Assembly (NCBI RefSeq): GCF_006345805.1
Contig: NC_043000.1
Location: 56,606,001 to 56,670,000 of the forward strand
Length of the DNA: 64,000 bases
Origin: Octopus sinensis
Taxonomy: Eukaryota
Reading direction: 5' to 3'
Shown piece after piece: positions 40,865-55,124 of this stretch (position 1 is the stretch's first letter; every line of letters begins with the position of its first letter). The position numbers and the translations under genes are program-made. The notes under the pieces are model-generated. The model was not told the origin of the DNA, made no database searches, and saw only the letters and a list, made by a program, of their open reading frames with translations.

Positions 40865-42547
40865 CTATGATTACATACTCACACAAATATATATATGCAT
40901 ACATACATATATATATATATGTATGAATACATACACATATATATATACACACACGCATACACACATATATGTAAATTTTATCCTGTTATTGTGTGTGCAA
41001 GTATGTAATCACACTTTGTATGTGTATGTATGTGTGCATGCATGTGCATATTTATGTGCATCTGTGTTTGTGTGAATGTTTGTGTTCTGCAATTATTTGA
41101 AACATCACCGAGCTACAAGAGGATGTTATCTGTTGTCATTTCCCTGTCAACAAATTGTCCAGTAGTTCTGCATTTTCTAAGATTGGAATGAAAACTCCTT
41201 TACTTGAGAAGCAGGTATGGATAAAACACTGCCTCAACAATATGCATTCATCCAATCCATCTTAGCAGGAAAAAATAGCAGTAAAGCATACAAATGAACA
41301 TGGTTATAACTGCAACCTAGAAGTGTTATAAAAAAAAAGGACTGAATAGAAGGAAAAAAAATGTTCCTGTAAATATTTGAGTTTGTGAAATTAAAAGCTA
41401 TCAGAATAAAATCAGGAATCCAAAGAACTTGATGATTGCCTATGTCAGCAATACTGGTAAAAATAATCAAGAGACTTTATCAGGTGTCAAAAAAAAAACA
41501 TTTTGTTGTGGTGAGAAATGGAGAGAGAAAAAAAGCTAACATCCATAGATTTTTTCCACTCCTCTCAGAAACTAAACTTTTTCAGATCTAACAAATTCTA
41601 CTACAAGTTGTCAGCTATTTCAAAGTAAAATTAAGAGAACACTTGATGAACGATGTGTTTTTATTTATACTCCTAATTCTCTGAAGCTTATTTAACCATC
41701 TGATTGTTCACAGTTCTGTAGGCATTTGTATTTCTCTGTAGGTGCATGTTTGTGTGGTGTGAGAGAGAAAGAGACACAGAAAGAATTTATCTAGAACCAA
41801 ATTAGCCAAGGTGTCTCCATTTGTAAAGTGGTAAGAAGTGATTTGCTGCTATTTCTAACAAATTGAGCAACCACACAGAGGCTTCATCACAGGTTCATTG
41901 GATCTACCTAATTCAAGTAACAAACATATCAGATATGTGGTATTTACCCCAGCTTCAGAAGATTCGTGAAGTCAAGTGAAATCGTAGTCATGGCCGATGC
42001 TGGTGTCACATAACGGGCACCTGGTGCCAGTGGCACATAGAAGCATCCATGCCAGTGGCATGTAAAAAATACCCATCACCCTCTTGGAGTGGTTGGCATT
42101 AGGAAGGGGATCCAGTTGCAGAAACCATGCCAAAGCTCTCCGGCTTACCAGATCCAATCAAACCATCTAACCCATACCAGCATGGCACGCTGATGATGAT
42201 GATGATGAGGAGGAGGAGGGGGAGGGGAGAGGAGGAGCAGGATAGATTTAAGAGAACTGTCTAAGACTCAATAAAATATTCATAGCAAATTAGAACTCAA
42301 GAATCATGAGCTGCTGGCCAATACATTCAGCAATTTCACATTTACAAAATTTACAGAAGTCAGACCTTATAGTCTCAAAGGTCTGCCTACTTTGTCAGCT
42401 GTGGGCAGATGCTCACATGAATATGTGTGTAATAGTTGTTGTTGCTCTTGTTGCTGTTGTCTAGTTCCACATCACTGCTTATTGAGCTGAGCTATTATTA
42501 AAGGAATTGCAACCAGTCTTTTATTTAGACAGTGTAAATCTAGAATT

Positions 42548-42915
42548 TTTTACTTGTTTCAGTCATTTGACTGTGGTCATGCTGGAGCACCACCTTAAGG
42601 GGTTTTAGTTGAACAAGTTGACCCCAAGACTTATTCTTTGTAAGCCTAGAACTTATTCTATTGGTCTCTTTTGCTGAACCACTAAGTTATGGAGACGTAA
42701 ACACACCAACATTGGTGGTCAAGTGATGGTGGCGTGGGACAAACACAAACACAAGCACACAAATATATATATATGATGGGCTTCTTTCAGTTTTCATCTA
42801 CCAAAACCACTCACAAGGCTTTGGTTGGCCTGAAGTTATAGTAGAAGACACTTGCCCAAGCTGCCATGCAGTGGGACTGAACCTGGAACCATGTGATGGG
42901 AAAGCAAACTTCTTG
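42548..42915 (-). mobile_element. tRNA-derived SINE, family C
   Basis: Aligns over its length with 6328-6727. Confidence 0.8.
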
Positions 42916-42954
42916 CACTAAATTTACAAATGTATGATTTTGTTTTCTTTTTTG

Positions 42955-43275
42955 AAGGCACATGGTTCAGGCTCATAATCATGAGGTAGTGAGTTTGATT
43001 CTTGGACTGGGCTATATGTTGTATTCTTGAGCAAGACTCTTTATTCTATGTTGCTCCAGTTCACTCAGCTGTAGAAATGAGATATGATGTCACTGGTGCC
43101 AAGCTGTATCAGCCTTTGCCTTTCTCTTGGATAACATTGGTGGCATGGAGAGGGGAGGCTAGTATGCATGGGCAACTGCTGGTCTTCCGTAAACAACCTT
43201 GTCCAGACTTGTGCTTCAGAGGGTAACTTTCTAGGTGCAATCCCATGATCATTCATGACCAAAGGGGTCTTTACC
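42955..43275 (+). mobile_element. tRNA-derived SINE, family B
   Basis: Same body as 30960-31300. Confidence 0.8.
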
Positions 43276-43585
43276 CTTTTATTTTTTATTATTTTTTTTA
43301 AGAAGGAATATGGAAACTGGGGAAAATTTGACTACTATTTCTAGCATTTATTTCCACTAGTAACCTTGTTGGCTTTCCCAATCGTCATTTGTGTATTTGT
43401 GAATATGTATGAGAATGTGCATCTGCATGTATCCATCCTATCTTGTGTTACACATTTGTTCCTCAATACCCCACTGTATCTACTTCCAGACTGCAAAGGC
43501 TTGTTATCATTACACTGTTCCTGTAGCAAATTAGGTTTTAATGAGAACAGGTCACTAATCTTCAAACTTAACCCCACTCTCTTAC

Positions 43586-43654
43586 CTGGACTTGGTGGGA
43601 GACAAGTAGCTATCTTCATTTGAACAACAATAACCAGGTGAAGAACAGTTAACT
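43586..43654 (-). CDS. Internal symmetric 69-nt exon, most likely phase 2-2 (VNCSSPGYCCSNEDSYLSPTKS)
   Basis: Acceptor CTCTCTCTTTCTCTCCTTCAG, donor CAG|GTAAGA; two frames are open, and the phase 2-2 frame joins the 58480 donor and the 37567 acceptor. Confidence 0.6.
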
Positions 43655-44520
43655 CTGAAGGAGAGAAAGAGAGAGCACAGTGGCGGAGACAAAGAATTGA
43701 CCGTACTACTTGACTGGTACTTTAATTTATCAACCCTGAAAGGATGAACAGCAGAGTTGACTTTGGTGGAATTTGGTCATAGAGCGCAAAGAAAAAGGAA
43801 TAAATATTGCGAAGCATTTGTCTGACACATTAATAACACTACCAATCAACTATCTTTCATGTGTGTAGACATTTAGTAAAGCCTGATATCTTCTTGTCTA
43901 CAGTACTAAGCTTATATTGTCTTATAAATAAGTCTGCATATCAGTGGAGGATTTCCAAGATTTACTTTGGAACATAGTATGTGTGTGTGTGTGTGCATGC
44001 GCATAAGTGTGCATATGTGTACAACGTCTTGCTTTAAGAATACACACTGATAAATGTTACACCTCACTTAACTCACACTTCTCTTTCTCTCTCTTTCTTC
44101 CACTACCCCCCCTCTTTTTTCTTTCTCTCTATCTTTTACTCGGGCGCTCTTGACCTCTTTCTCTTTTCTCATCATTGGTTCTCACATTTCCCTTTCTATT
44201 GTACGATCACATAATTGATTAAATATTTCAAGATGCTACAAGTGTATGGTGTGTGTGTGTGTGTGCATGTGCATGTCTGTGTGGGTAGGTATGTGTAGGC
44301 GCTTGCACATGCCCATGTATGTTTGCATTACTCTCTCTCTCTCTCTCTCTCTCAAACTCACACCAATACTCAAGCTTCATAGATAAAATATAGTCTGAAA
44401 ATCGAGTTGATAAGTTTCACAGTTCTCCAAATCCCTTGCCCAAAGTCAGAGAATAAATTATATTGCTCATCCTGAAACTATTCCCAACTCTTTCCAGATG
44501 AACAGCTTTCACACACACAC

Positions 44521-44650
<130 letters not shown>

Positions 44651-44688
44651 ATATTATGTGTGTGTATGTATGTATGTATGTGTATATA

Positions 44689-44730
<42 letters not shown>

Positions 44731-44760
44731 ATATATATGTATGTATGTATATATATATAT

Positions 44761-44810
<50 letters not shown>

Positions 44811-45607
44811 ATGTACATATATATTATTGTGTATATATATATATTTATAAATAGACACACACATTTCTGCATATATATAGGCATACACATGTACAAGTCT
44901 GTGTGCATGTAGTGTGTAGATATGTGAACTCACACATGCATACATATAGAAACACACACACATATATATATATATATGCATAAAATTTTCAATAACTAAA
45001 TTATTAATGCTTCCATGACTTCACACAGAGATATAGAAGAGACAATATATAAAGTGGACAGAAGAGGAGAGGGTTGTCAGCAAGTAGGTAAAAGAATCGC
45101 TAAACCATTTAAGAAAACAACCAATCCACAGGTTTCTGTCCCCTTCCCCAACCCCTGAACACTCGTCCGTCCAAGACCACCACAAAAAGGATATAACAAC
45201 TGGGGTCACCAAGAAATCAATGCTTTCATTCGAAAGAATTTGACAGAGGATATATTAAGTTTGGCATAAAACACTTCTTGAATGAAATAATTATTTACAT
45301 TCTTCTATTCTTCAATTCCTGTATACCACAGTCTTCCTCTTTTTTCTTTGCTAACTCACTCAAGATCAAGATTTCAAGTAGACAATGTGTTGCAAGGTCC
45401 TTCATACATTAAGTGCATATCAACACATTCAAGAGTGTTGACTGGATGGTGACATTGTAGATAAGAATCTCCAGGAAGCTCTTATAGAACTTATTATAAC
45501 TGACAAAGAAACGGCAAAAGAGAAAGAGCGAGGGGAAAGAGAGATTGCAGAATTTGAGAGACAAACAGAAAGATAAAGCAAGATAGAGCATGTGAGAGAA
45601 AGACTGA

Positions 45608-45638
<31 letters not shown>

Positions 45639-46547
45639 CAATAGACAGACAGAGATACATAAACAGATACAGAGTGAATGCAACAGAGAGCTGAAAAGAA
45701 GGATTGAACCCGAGGGGAAAAGAGAGACATAGAACATATGGTGGAGAGATTTGACAGTGTTAAAAAAACTGTGGATCTTCTTCTGCCCCCTGGATATTGT
45801 CTATATGTCAAATAAGGCAGATTTTGTAAATAGCATCTGAACAGAAGACCTGGAAATTACTGAGAATGATCAAACCCTATTAAACCACTGTGTTGTGACT
45901 ATCATGAGATATATCTGGCTCTAGTGGGTTGCTGTTTTTTATTTGTACTTATTTCAATGGTAATTTGCAAACAATAGCGTTGGTTGTGTTAGGTTTCCAA
46001 AAGGCTTATCACTGGTTAACTGCCTTTCTGGTGACTGAAGTCATAACAAACTATCTATAACTGGACCGATTTTGTTAAAAGAGAATCATTTTTCTCAAAG
46101 AAGTATACGGTGTGGCTATATGTTAACGCTTCCAACCACATGGTTTGGGGTTCAGTCCCACTGCATGGCAACTTGGGCAAATGTCTTCAACTGTAGCCCC
46201 AGGCCAACCAAAACCTTCTGAATGGATTTAATAGACAGACATTGAAAGACACCAATCACATATATGTAAGTGCGACTGTGTGGTAAGAAGTTTGCTTCCC
46301 AAACACACAGTCCCAGGTACAGTTCCACTGAATTGTACTGTGGGCAAGTATCTTTTACTATAGCCTCAGACCAGCCAAAGACTTGTGAATGGATTCAGTA
46401 GATGAAAACTGAAAGAAGCCTATCATTCATACATATATATATATGTGTGTGTGTGTATATATATATATGTGTGTATATGTATGTGTATGTATGTGTGTAT
46501 GTATGTATGTATGTATGTATGTATGTATGTATGTATATGTATGTATG

Positions 46548-47041
46548 TACAACCTGTTGCATGGTCGGGTCATCAGCGACTAAACCGGCAACCCCCACCA
46601 AGCTTGCTTGGTGAGGAGGGTGTTTATTGGACACCCTGCGGGATGAAAAACAAAACCCGTCAAAGGGCGGAGGAACTCTTGAGAGTCAACGGCCATCCAA
46701 TAAATGTTTTAAGGATGTATAATGCACGGGGACATAGAAATAATCAGCCTGAATACCCAATCGCGCGGTTAAACCATTGGGAGTGAAGGACTCCTAGGCT
46801 TTGTTAGAGCATCCTTCTAGGAGAAGGTAACTCCGACATAAGACCTGCGGCTCAGTGGTTACCGATGATGTTGACTTGTTCTTCTTTTCGGATTATGGCT
46901 GCTGTTGCTTAGTGAGTGGGATTGACTCAGTGCACAGCATTTCCTCACTTTAAAAAAAATCTTCTTGCACAGGCATTGCACAATAACAACATTGATAAGC
47001 TTCATGCAATGGCCATACTCGATAACGATGGGGCAGCCACC
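46548..47041 (+). mobile_element. ~550-bp structured repeat, copy 2 (5'-truncated)
   Basis: Aligns to copy 1 from TACAACCTG to GGCAGCCACC; lacks the first ~40 nt and a short internal stretch. Confidence 0.7.
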
Positions 47042-47080
47042 ATGTATGTATGTATGTATGTATGTATATATGTATGCATA

Positions 47081-47130
<50 letters not shown>

Positions 47131-47239
47131 TATATGTGTGTGTGTGTGTGTGTATGTATGTATACACACACACACATGCATATGTGTGTATGTCTTTGTG
47201 TGTCTGTTTGTCCCCCACTATCAATCCACAAGTTGTGCT

Positions 47240-47302
47240 TGTATGTTCATGTTTCTGTAACCTATCAGTTTGGCATTGCACCATGACTTTATGGACACCC
47301 TG
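47240..47302. mobile_element. Isolated mariner-like terminus
   Basis: ...TTGCACCATGACTTTATGGACACCCTG|TA (reverse complement CAGGGTGTCCATAAAGTC); partner TIR not found. Confidence 0.45.
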
Positions 47303-47311
47303 TATATATGT

Positions 47312-47361
<50 letters not shown>

Positions 47362-47372
47362 TTGTAATAATG

Positions 47373-47575
47373 AAGTCAAGCCAAATAATGGTATTTTGAA
47401 ATCATTAAATATTTACATTTCAGGTATGTGTAATATAAAATAGGAAATGCGTCCATTATGTAAGATCTTCCATTGAGGCAAGTCTTAAGTAATGGCTGCA
47501 TTTTCTATAATATATTATACTTACCTGAAATGTACATATTAAATAATTTCAGTATATGCCTATTTGGCTTGACTT
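47373..47575. repeat. ~200-bp foldback (whole-length palindrome), probably MITE-derived
   Basis: Terminal 15-bp perfect inverted repeat AAGTCAAGCCAAATA; arms remain roughly 75-80% complementary by eye up to a ~5-nt loop. Confidence 0.85.
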
Positions 47576-47779
47576 AACCATTATAACTTATGACTTGATG
47601 CCAGTACAAACTGACCAGTCCAGATTCTACTTATGGAGTAGTTTGGAGTAATTGGACTCAAGTCAAAAGTTCTGGTACCATGCACTGCTTTTTGCATAAC
47701 ACATTGTGTGTGTGTGTGAGTATGTATGGATATATGTATATGTGTGGGTGTGTATATATATATATATTGTATGTATGTG

Positions 47780-47814
<35 letters not shown>

Positions 47815-47819
<5 letters not shown>

Positions 47820-48194
47820 GTAAGTAGCTTGCTTACCAACCACATGGTTCCAGGTTCAGTCCCACTGTGTGGCACCTTGGGCAAGTGTCTTCTACTATAG
47901 CCTCGGGCCGACCAAAGCCATGTGAGTGGGTTTTGTAGACAGAAACTGAAAGAAGACCATCGTACATATGTATATATATATATGTATGTGTGTTTGTGTG
48001 TCTGTGTTTGTTCCCCCAAAATCGCTTGACAACCGATGCTGGTGTGTTTACGTCCCTGTAACTTAGCGGTTCGGTAAAAGAGACCGATAGAATAAGTACT
48101 AGGCTTACAAAGAATAAGTCCTGGGGTCGATTTCCTCGACTAAAGGCGGTGCTCCAGCATGGCCACAGTCAAATGACTGAAACAAGTAAAAGAG
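47815..48194 (+). mobile_element. tRNA-derived SINE, family C
   Basis: Well-preserved full-length copy. Confidence 0.85.
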
Positions 48195-48759
48195 AAAAAG
48201 AAAGATATATATATATATATATATATTATGCTTGTATGCTTGTATTTATGTATATATACATGTATGTATATGTTTGTGTCTGTCCACTCACTACTTGACA
48301 ACCAGTTTGGTTTGTTTACATCCCCGTAGCTTAGTGGTTTGACAAAAGGGACCAACAAAATATGTACCACACTTTAAAAAATAATTACTGGTTTCAATTT
48401 GTTTGACTAAAGCCTACCAAGGTGGTGCCCTAGCATGGCCACAGTTCAATGACTGAAACAAGAAAAGATAAAAGATATACACACATACACGTGTGTGTAT
48501 ATATTCATATATTCTACAGATTTATATAACCGAGTTATTGTTTTAGAAAATAATCTATGCTTTTGCTAAATTCAATAGCTCAATAGCTCATCAATAAAAT
48601 AATAAATCCATAAAATATAATTATTCATTTTACAATTATCTATATAGCTTGTATCGAATTCTCTTTAGAATTTAGTCTCCTTGATCTTTGAATCAAGAGT
48701 TTTTATGTGTGCGTTGTATGTATTCACATGTATGTAAGCAATCATATATATTTGTGTAC

Positions 48760-49030
48760 GCATGTATGCAAAGCTCTTCACATAACATACACCATTAACA
48801 AGGTAATAAGAAGAAAGAGACTGCAATGGTTTGGCCATGTCAGCCAACAACTAAATAGCTCTAATGTTTTACCAAGACTTCCCAAACTCCAATCCACACA
48901 GTAGACAGCTTAAGAAGTGGATCTGAACTTTTCGTAATCATAAAGACACAAGATTATCACTCACAACAGCAGAGAGCAAATATTTTTATGTCAGACAAGT
49001 ACAATTACCTGTATTAATGTGCGATGGTGG
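48760..49030 (+). mobile_element. RTE-clade LINE 3' remnant
   Basis: VIRRKRLQWFGHVSQ matches the RTE C-terminal RRLRWFGHV motif. Confidence 0.55.
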
Positions 49031-50321
49031 TTTCACCATGTACCAGAATACAGCTCCAAAATGAATGCAATATCTTGACAAAAAGACAGAATAATTCCTG
49101 CCTTTCATTCAGTGTCATGCCAGTCATTATAGAGTAAGAAGTGTATGTGTGTGTGTGTTACATTGTTTAGCTCAGACAATTCCTCTAATTATTACCTACT
49201 ACTTAGATTTCATAGTGTTAAAACAAACTTTGTCACCAATTCTCATTACATTGAAATTTAACCTCATTTTCCTTGTATCATCAAATTTAGCATAACTGAT
49301 AATATTTTGTTAAGTCACACCTAATATCCCCATCAACATTCATTGTCTCTAACTAAACACCATCATTATAAGTTAAGCCAAATCTAAACTGTCATCTATT
49401 ATGGCATCAAATTTGCCATTCTTAGCTGTTCATTGATGATAACTTGGTCATTAACCAATGTATTATTTAATTGCCCTTCAGATGGTGTTCAAGCTGGTGC
49501 AAAGTTCAGAATATATAAATTGATGTTTATCTCAACAAGTGCAGAGACTACGGTTCTGTGAAAAACAAAACACTGATAACTCAATTACTCAGAGAGGCCA
49601 TCTATATGAAAATTGACAGTTAAGTAGGGGTGAACATATTTAATGCAGAGCATCAAAAAAAATCTAATTACAAATATTCTTGTGATCAGGCAAGAGAATC
49701 ATTATCTCAATGACTAATATTATGTTAATCATTTTAGAAACTGATCGTGTATAATTGCCATGCAACACAATAACATGAGCAACTCACACAAATCATATTC
49801 TATACAAATGCCATCCATTAATATAACACAATCCACAAACTGTATACTCTACATCAGTGGTTCTCAAATGGGTCCTCATGACCCTTGGAGAGTCCTTATA
49901 AAATTTTGTTTCTAAAGTTCCATCATCATTTAACATTCATTTTCCATGCTGGCATGGATTGGACAGTTTGACAAGAGCTGACCAGCTGAAGGACTGTTCA
50001 GGTTCCATATCTGTTTTGGCATGATTTCTATGGCTGATTGCCCTTCCTAATGCCAACCACTTTACAGAGTGTACTGGGTGCTTTTACACACTTGCATAAT
50101 AAAAAGTTTATATGCAATAAATCAGTTATACTTCTCCAACACACAAAATATTTTAACAATTTTTTTATTCAATTCCTAAAAATATTTAATTATAAAAATC
50201 CCTTTTAGTTTGTTTTTTCATACTTTTCATCCCACTGGGGGGGTCAATACATCAAAGTACTAATCAAGTACTTACATCAATGGTACGGATTAATCCCACT
50301 CCATTCAAAACTGCTAGCCTT

Positions 50322-50521
50322 GTAGAAGCATTATTACACCAGACAAAATGCTTAGAGGCATTTCTTCCAGCTTCACATTCTAAGTTCAAATTCCACCACA
50401 GTTGACTTCACCATTCATCCTTTTGGAATCAATAAAATAAATACCAGTTGAGCACTGGGGTTGATGTAATCCACTTAACCCTGTCTCCCAAAAAACTAGC
50501 CTTGTGCCTAAATTTGAAACC
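50322..50521 (+). mobile_element. SINE family E
   Basis: Sense-orientation copy ending CCTTGTGCCTAAATTTGAAAC. Confidence 0.75.
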
Positions 50522-50524
50522 ATG

Positions 50525-50559
<35 letters not shown>

Positions 50560-50586
50560 CATTATTATCATTATTATTATTATTAT

Positions 50587-51125
50587 TGAGTGAGAGAGCA
50601 GTGCATGCCATCAAGGTGACACTGGGGTAAAATATACGAAGCCCAGTAGACCCATCATGACTACCCATCTGATAAGGGTACACCAGGCACATGCATCACA
50701 ACCATATGTGCATGACATGGTGATCTCATACCAAGATAAACAGTGCATGATCTTGCAGGTGGGGGCCCAGTTAGAATTTTCTTCAGGTTGAGTAGCCCAT
50801 CCCACTCAAAAGGTCCCTGAATAAGGTTTGTTTTAAGGATGATGAACAAAACACCCACGCCTCCAGAGGTGAATTATTCAAACCCCAAAGAACTTCTCTC
50901 AACACATGGCTATGATGCTTCCCCACCACTACTTCTGTTCATGATCAGAGATGCACATATTGTCAGCCACTAAGAGACATGCTCAACTGGTTAAGGCCAA
51001 ACAACTGACAAACAAATCTGTGGTATTGAGTAAAATATTTGCTGTAGCCCATATCTTATACCAGACAAAACAATGTACATGATAACACTTTCAATCAGTT
51101 AAGGTCAAAAGCCATGAGAGCCACT
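50587..51125 (-). mobile_element. ~540-bp SINE-like repeat with (AAT)n tail; partial copy at about 39325-39500
   Basis: Shared core TCTCAACACATGGCTATGA..ACATGCTCAA..AAACAACTGACAA in both loci; abuts (ATT)n. Confidence 0.55.
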
Positions 51126-52511
51126 GCTATTATTATTATCATCGTCATCATCATTACTGAAAATCCCCAAATCCTTAGTGCACAAAAAATAATAAATAAC
51201 TGATTGCATCTGTACCGGTGGCACGTATAAAGCACCCACTACATTCACAGAGTGGTTGGCATTAAGAAGGGCATCCAGCTGTAGAAACACTGCTAGACCA
51301 GACCCCGGTCGAACCGTCCACTCCCTGCTAGCATGGAAAACGGGTGTTAAACGATGATGATGATGCCATTTCACTAACAAATTCACATTAACTGGGTTTC
51401 TTCAAAAGATTATAATACAGAACAGTACAATAACAATTTCTTATAAAGGCACCAGGTCTAAAATTTTGAAGGCAAGTGTATAGACAAATTAACTGATACT
51501 AAAACCCGACAACCCATTTTCCAAACAGGATGAAAAGTAAAGTTGACTTCAGTTGGTTAAGTACCCAGTGGAAAGTGAACTCAGAATGTAATGGTACATA
51601 ACTAAATACTGTAAAGCATTTTGTCTGCCATTCCACTACCACCCTCAAGAGTAATATAATGATGATGGGATCGAAGATATAAGAATATGAGATAATGAAA
51701 GTGAATAGGTACTTAACAGTACATTACTAAGAAGTAACCAGCTCATTAATTGCAAAATCATGAATAGTAGAAGAAGCCATAAACTGATGTAATTAATAAT
51801 AATGATAATGATTTCTTAGATTGGCATAAGGCCATGAAATGGTTGAGGACGTATAGAGATGCTGGTTAGTCATAGTCAATTAAATCAATCCCTCATACAA
51901 ATAATTAATAATAAAAAAAAAGGGATTTTATGCAGCTTCAGTCAAGGAATTGGAATATAACATTAACATTTAAGGTATTCTCAATAAAATTGGTTTATCT
52001 CATTAATCTTGTGTTTATGCGTGTGTGTGTAAGTTTGGCATGAGTGCATGCGTATGTGTAAGTGATTGAGTGGAAGAGAGAGAGGAAGAACAGAGTGAGG
52101 GAAAGATTTCTGTGTGAACATGTGTGTGTGTTTGAGTAATATCCTTTGTACTTGGTTAAAGTTCAGTCAGTTCTAGGCAAAGCTATGCTGAAATGTTATT
52201 GTGTAGCAAGTGGCATTACAGAATTATAGACCATTCCAGTTAGTGTTGCATAGAGATATTTATCAAGTTTACTTGCAGAGAGAAACTTGTTGATAAGCAT
52301 TATATCATCTCATCTGAATATCTCTCCCTTGGTGCTAAACTAAAGCTGGAACACTCCTTTTCACACCATTTCACATTTCACAAGAACCAAATATGCTAGT
52401 GTTTAGCTGATAATGTTTATTTGTGTGGTGGGAGGTGGGATTGGGGTTTTCTTTTTTTTTTTAGATATATCTGTCTTACATCTCTCCAATCATAAGCCAA
52501 CACAATACACA

Positions 52512-52553
<42 letters not shown>

Positions 52554-52702
52554 ATATTATATATATATATATATGTATGTATATATACACACACACAATA
52601 TATATTCAAAAATTGTGTACATATACATACATGCTAGATTGTTTATTTAGAACTGTACATAGGATCCGATTTCAATTATATGTCTGTATGGATGGATGTA
52701 TG

Positions 52703-53195
52703 TCATCATCATCATCATCGTTTAACATCTACTTTCCATGCTGGCATGGGTTAGACAGTTTCAGAAAGGACTGGCAGGCCAGGAGGCTGCACCAGGCTCC
52801 AATCTTGATCTGGCAGAGTTTCTACAGCTGGATGCCCTTCCTAACACTAACCATTCCGAGAGTGTAGTGGGTGCTTTTTATGTGATGCTAGTATGGGTGC
52901 TAGTCAGGTGGCAATGGCATTGACCACGGTCGAATGGTGCTTTTTACAAGCTACCAGCACAGGAGCCAGTCAAGTGGTACTGGCATTGACAATGCTCAAA
53001 TGGTGCTTTTTATGTGCCACCTGCATGGAAGCCAGTCAGGCGGCACTGGCATTGGCCACACTCGAAGGTGCTTTTTACATGCCACTGGCATAGGTGCCAG
53101 TCAAGTGGTACTAGCATCAGCTATGCTTGAATGGTGATTTTAGGTGGCACAGGCATTGGTCACAACTACGATTTCACTTGGCTCAACAGGTCTTA
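52703..53195 (-). mobile_element. SINE-like family D
   Basis: Aligns with 18812-19285; several GTGCTTTTTACATGCCAC-type sub-repeats. Confidence 0.8.
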
Positions 53196-53240
53196 CACAC
53201 ACATATATATATGTACATATGTATGTATGTGTGTATGTAA

Positions 53241-53288
<48 letters not shown>

Positions 53289-53290
<2 letters not shown>

Positions 53291-53498
53291 GGGTTGGCCA
53301 AAAGTCACCTGACAGTAAATCAAGACCATTTAATTCCAAGATTTATTTATGTTTAACAACTGAATATGAAACATCATGAAAATTATTCAAGCTGAAGTCT
53401 TTCTTGAGTGACACATTTTTCCATTCGAGTCAATACAGAATTACAGATAGTATATATGGAATTTTCCTTTACTGTCATATGACTTTTGGCCAACCCTG
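53289..53498. mobile_element. Tc1/mariner-type MITE, copy 2
   Basis: TAGGGTTGGCCAAAAGTCA ... TGACTTTTGGCCAACCCTG; internal sequence aligns with 24896-25138. Confidence 0.85.
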
Positions 53499-53559
53499 TT
53501 TGTGTGTGGGTGTGTGTGTGTGTGTATAGATAGATAGATAAATAGACACACGCATATTT

Positions 53560-53790
53560 TGGTACTTGTTGGAGCAACTGTCTTCGAAGACTCATATCGT
53601 CGTTCTATGCTCAAAATGAGGAGTAGATAGACAGTCAACAACTGACGAAGGGTCGTTCTTTATGTTACTTGTCCTGTTTACCATTTGTTTCTCTCGTTGT
53701 TTGTGTTTTGAACTCATTTGCTTTCATATTTCATGTTGTTTACTGTTGATGACATCCTGTACCCATCTATGCATAAGTGTGTGTGTGTAT
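53560..53790 (+). mobile_element. Probable Penelope-like terminal remnant (related end at about 7335-7460)
   Basis: CAACTGACGAAGGG motif, T-rich tail, shared end TCCTGTACCCAT-N-TATGCAT. Confidence 0.35.
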
Positions 53791-53869
53791 ATATATATAT
53801 ATACATATATGTTATTTAAATTATTATTTGGTTGAACACCACATATCCATTTCCAAGTAAGTTTATCTT

Positions 53870-53947
<78 letters not shown>

Positions 53948-54379
53948 GTGTGTGCGTGTGTGTGTGTGTGTATATGCATATATATATATATTCTTTTATT
54001 TCAGTCATTCGACTGCAGCCATGCTGGAGCACCACCTTTAGTTGAGCAAATCAACCCCAGGACTTATTCTTTGTAAGCCTAGTACTTATTCTATCGATCT
54101 CTCATGCCAAACTTCTAAGTGATGGGGATGTAAACACACCAGCATCGGTTGTCAAGCGATGTCAAGAGATGAGGTTGCTAGCCTTTCACTCTACCTTCAT
54201 TTATTTCTTGAAGGAAATGAATACTGAGTGGTCCAGTACACCACCTTCTAACAACATGGTGAAACTGATTCTAAGGAGATGATGATGATGATGGTGGTAA
54301 TGTGTGTGTGTACCAAGTGAAAAAGAGGAGACGAATTAACTCAAGTATTTGATTGGCTCTTTATATATTGCTTTATATA

Positions 54380-54585
54380 TTAGTTTCAAATTTAGGTATG
54401 AGGCCAGCAGGTTGGTGAGGAGGGGCTAAGTTGAGGAAATCAGTCCCAATGTTCAACTGGCACTTATTTTATAAACCCTGAAAGGATGAAAGGCGAAGTC
54501 AATAGCAGCAAACGTGAAGACAGACAAAATGCCACTAAGCATTTTGTCCAGCATGCTAATGATTCTGACATATTACCAGCCACCT
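54380..54585 (-). mobile_element. SINE family E
   Basis: Aligns with 2017-2227; lies just before the 94-bp array. Confidence 0.75.
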
Positions 54586-54611
54586 CAGTACTTTATATAT
54601 AGTTCAAACCC

Positions 54612-55118
54612 TCTGCAGTGTGTTAAAATTCTGCTGAGGTCAACCCTAAAGTTTACTTTCTATATTGAAAAGTTTACCTCAATAGAATTTTAACACGCAG
54701 CTCTCTGCAGTGTGTGTTAAAATTCTGCTGAGGTCAACCCTAAAGTTTACTTTCTATATTGAAAAGTTTACCTCAATAGAATTTTAACACACAGCTCTCT
54801 GCAGTGTGTGTTAAAATTCTGCTGAGGTCAACCCTAAAGTTTACTTTCTATATTGAAAAGTTTACCTCAATAGAATTTTAACACATAGCTCTCTGCAGTG
54901 TGTGTTAAAATTCTGCTAAGGTCAACCCTAAAGTTTACTTTCTATATTGAAAAGTTTACCTCAATAGAATTTTAACATACAGCTCTCTGCAGTGTGTGTT
55001 AAAATTCTGCTAAGGTCAACCCTAAAGTTTACTTTCTATATTGAAAAGTTTACCTCAATAGAATTTTAACACACAGCTCTCTGCAGTGTGTGTTAAAATT
55101 CTACTGAGGTCAACTTTT
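54612..55118. repeat. Tandem array, 94-bp unit, ~5.3 copies, each unit an imperfect hairpin
   Basis: AATTCT register at 54627, 54721, 54815, 54909, 55003, 55097; 27-nt arms with 24/27 complementarity. Confidence 0.95.
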
Positions 55119-55124
55119 CTGCAG

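Noticed and set aside
45390-45830. Possible Gypsy gag-like remnant (..ALIELII..KEKERGEREIAE.., DIEHMVERFD)
   Set aside because: Similarity is weak and confounded by AG-rich low complexity; no LTR or pol motifs.
53636-53690. CTGACGA hammerhead-like box
   Set aside because: The GAAA box is missing (TTAT at that position).
54612-55118. CRISPR-like repeat/spacer appearance
   Set aside because: The would-be spacers are identical, there are no cas genes, and the context is eukaryotic.
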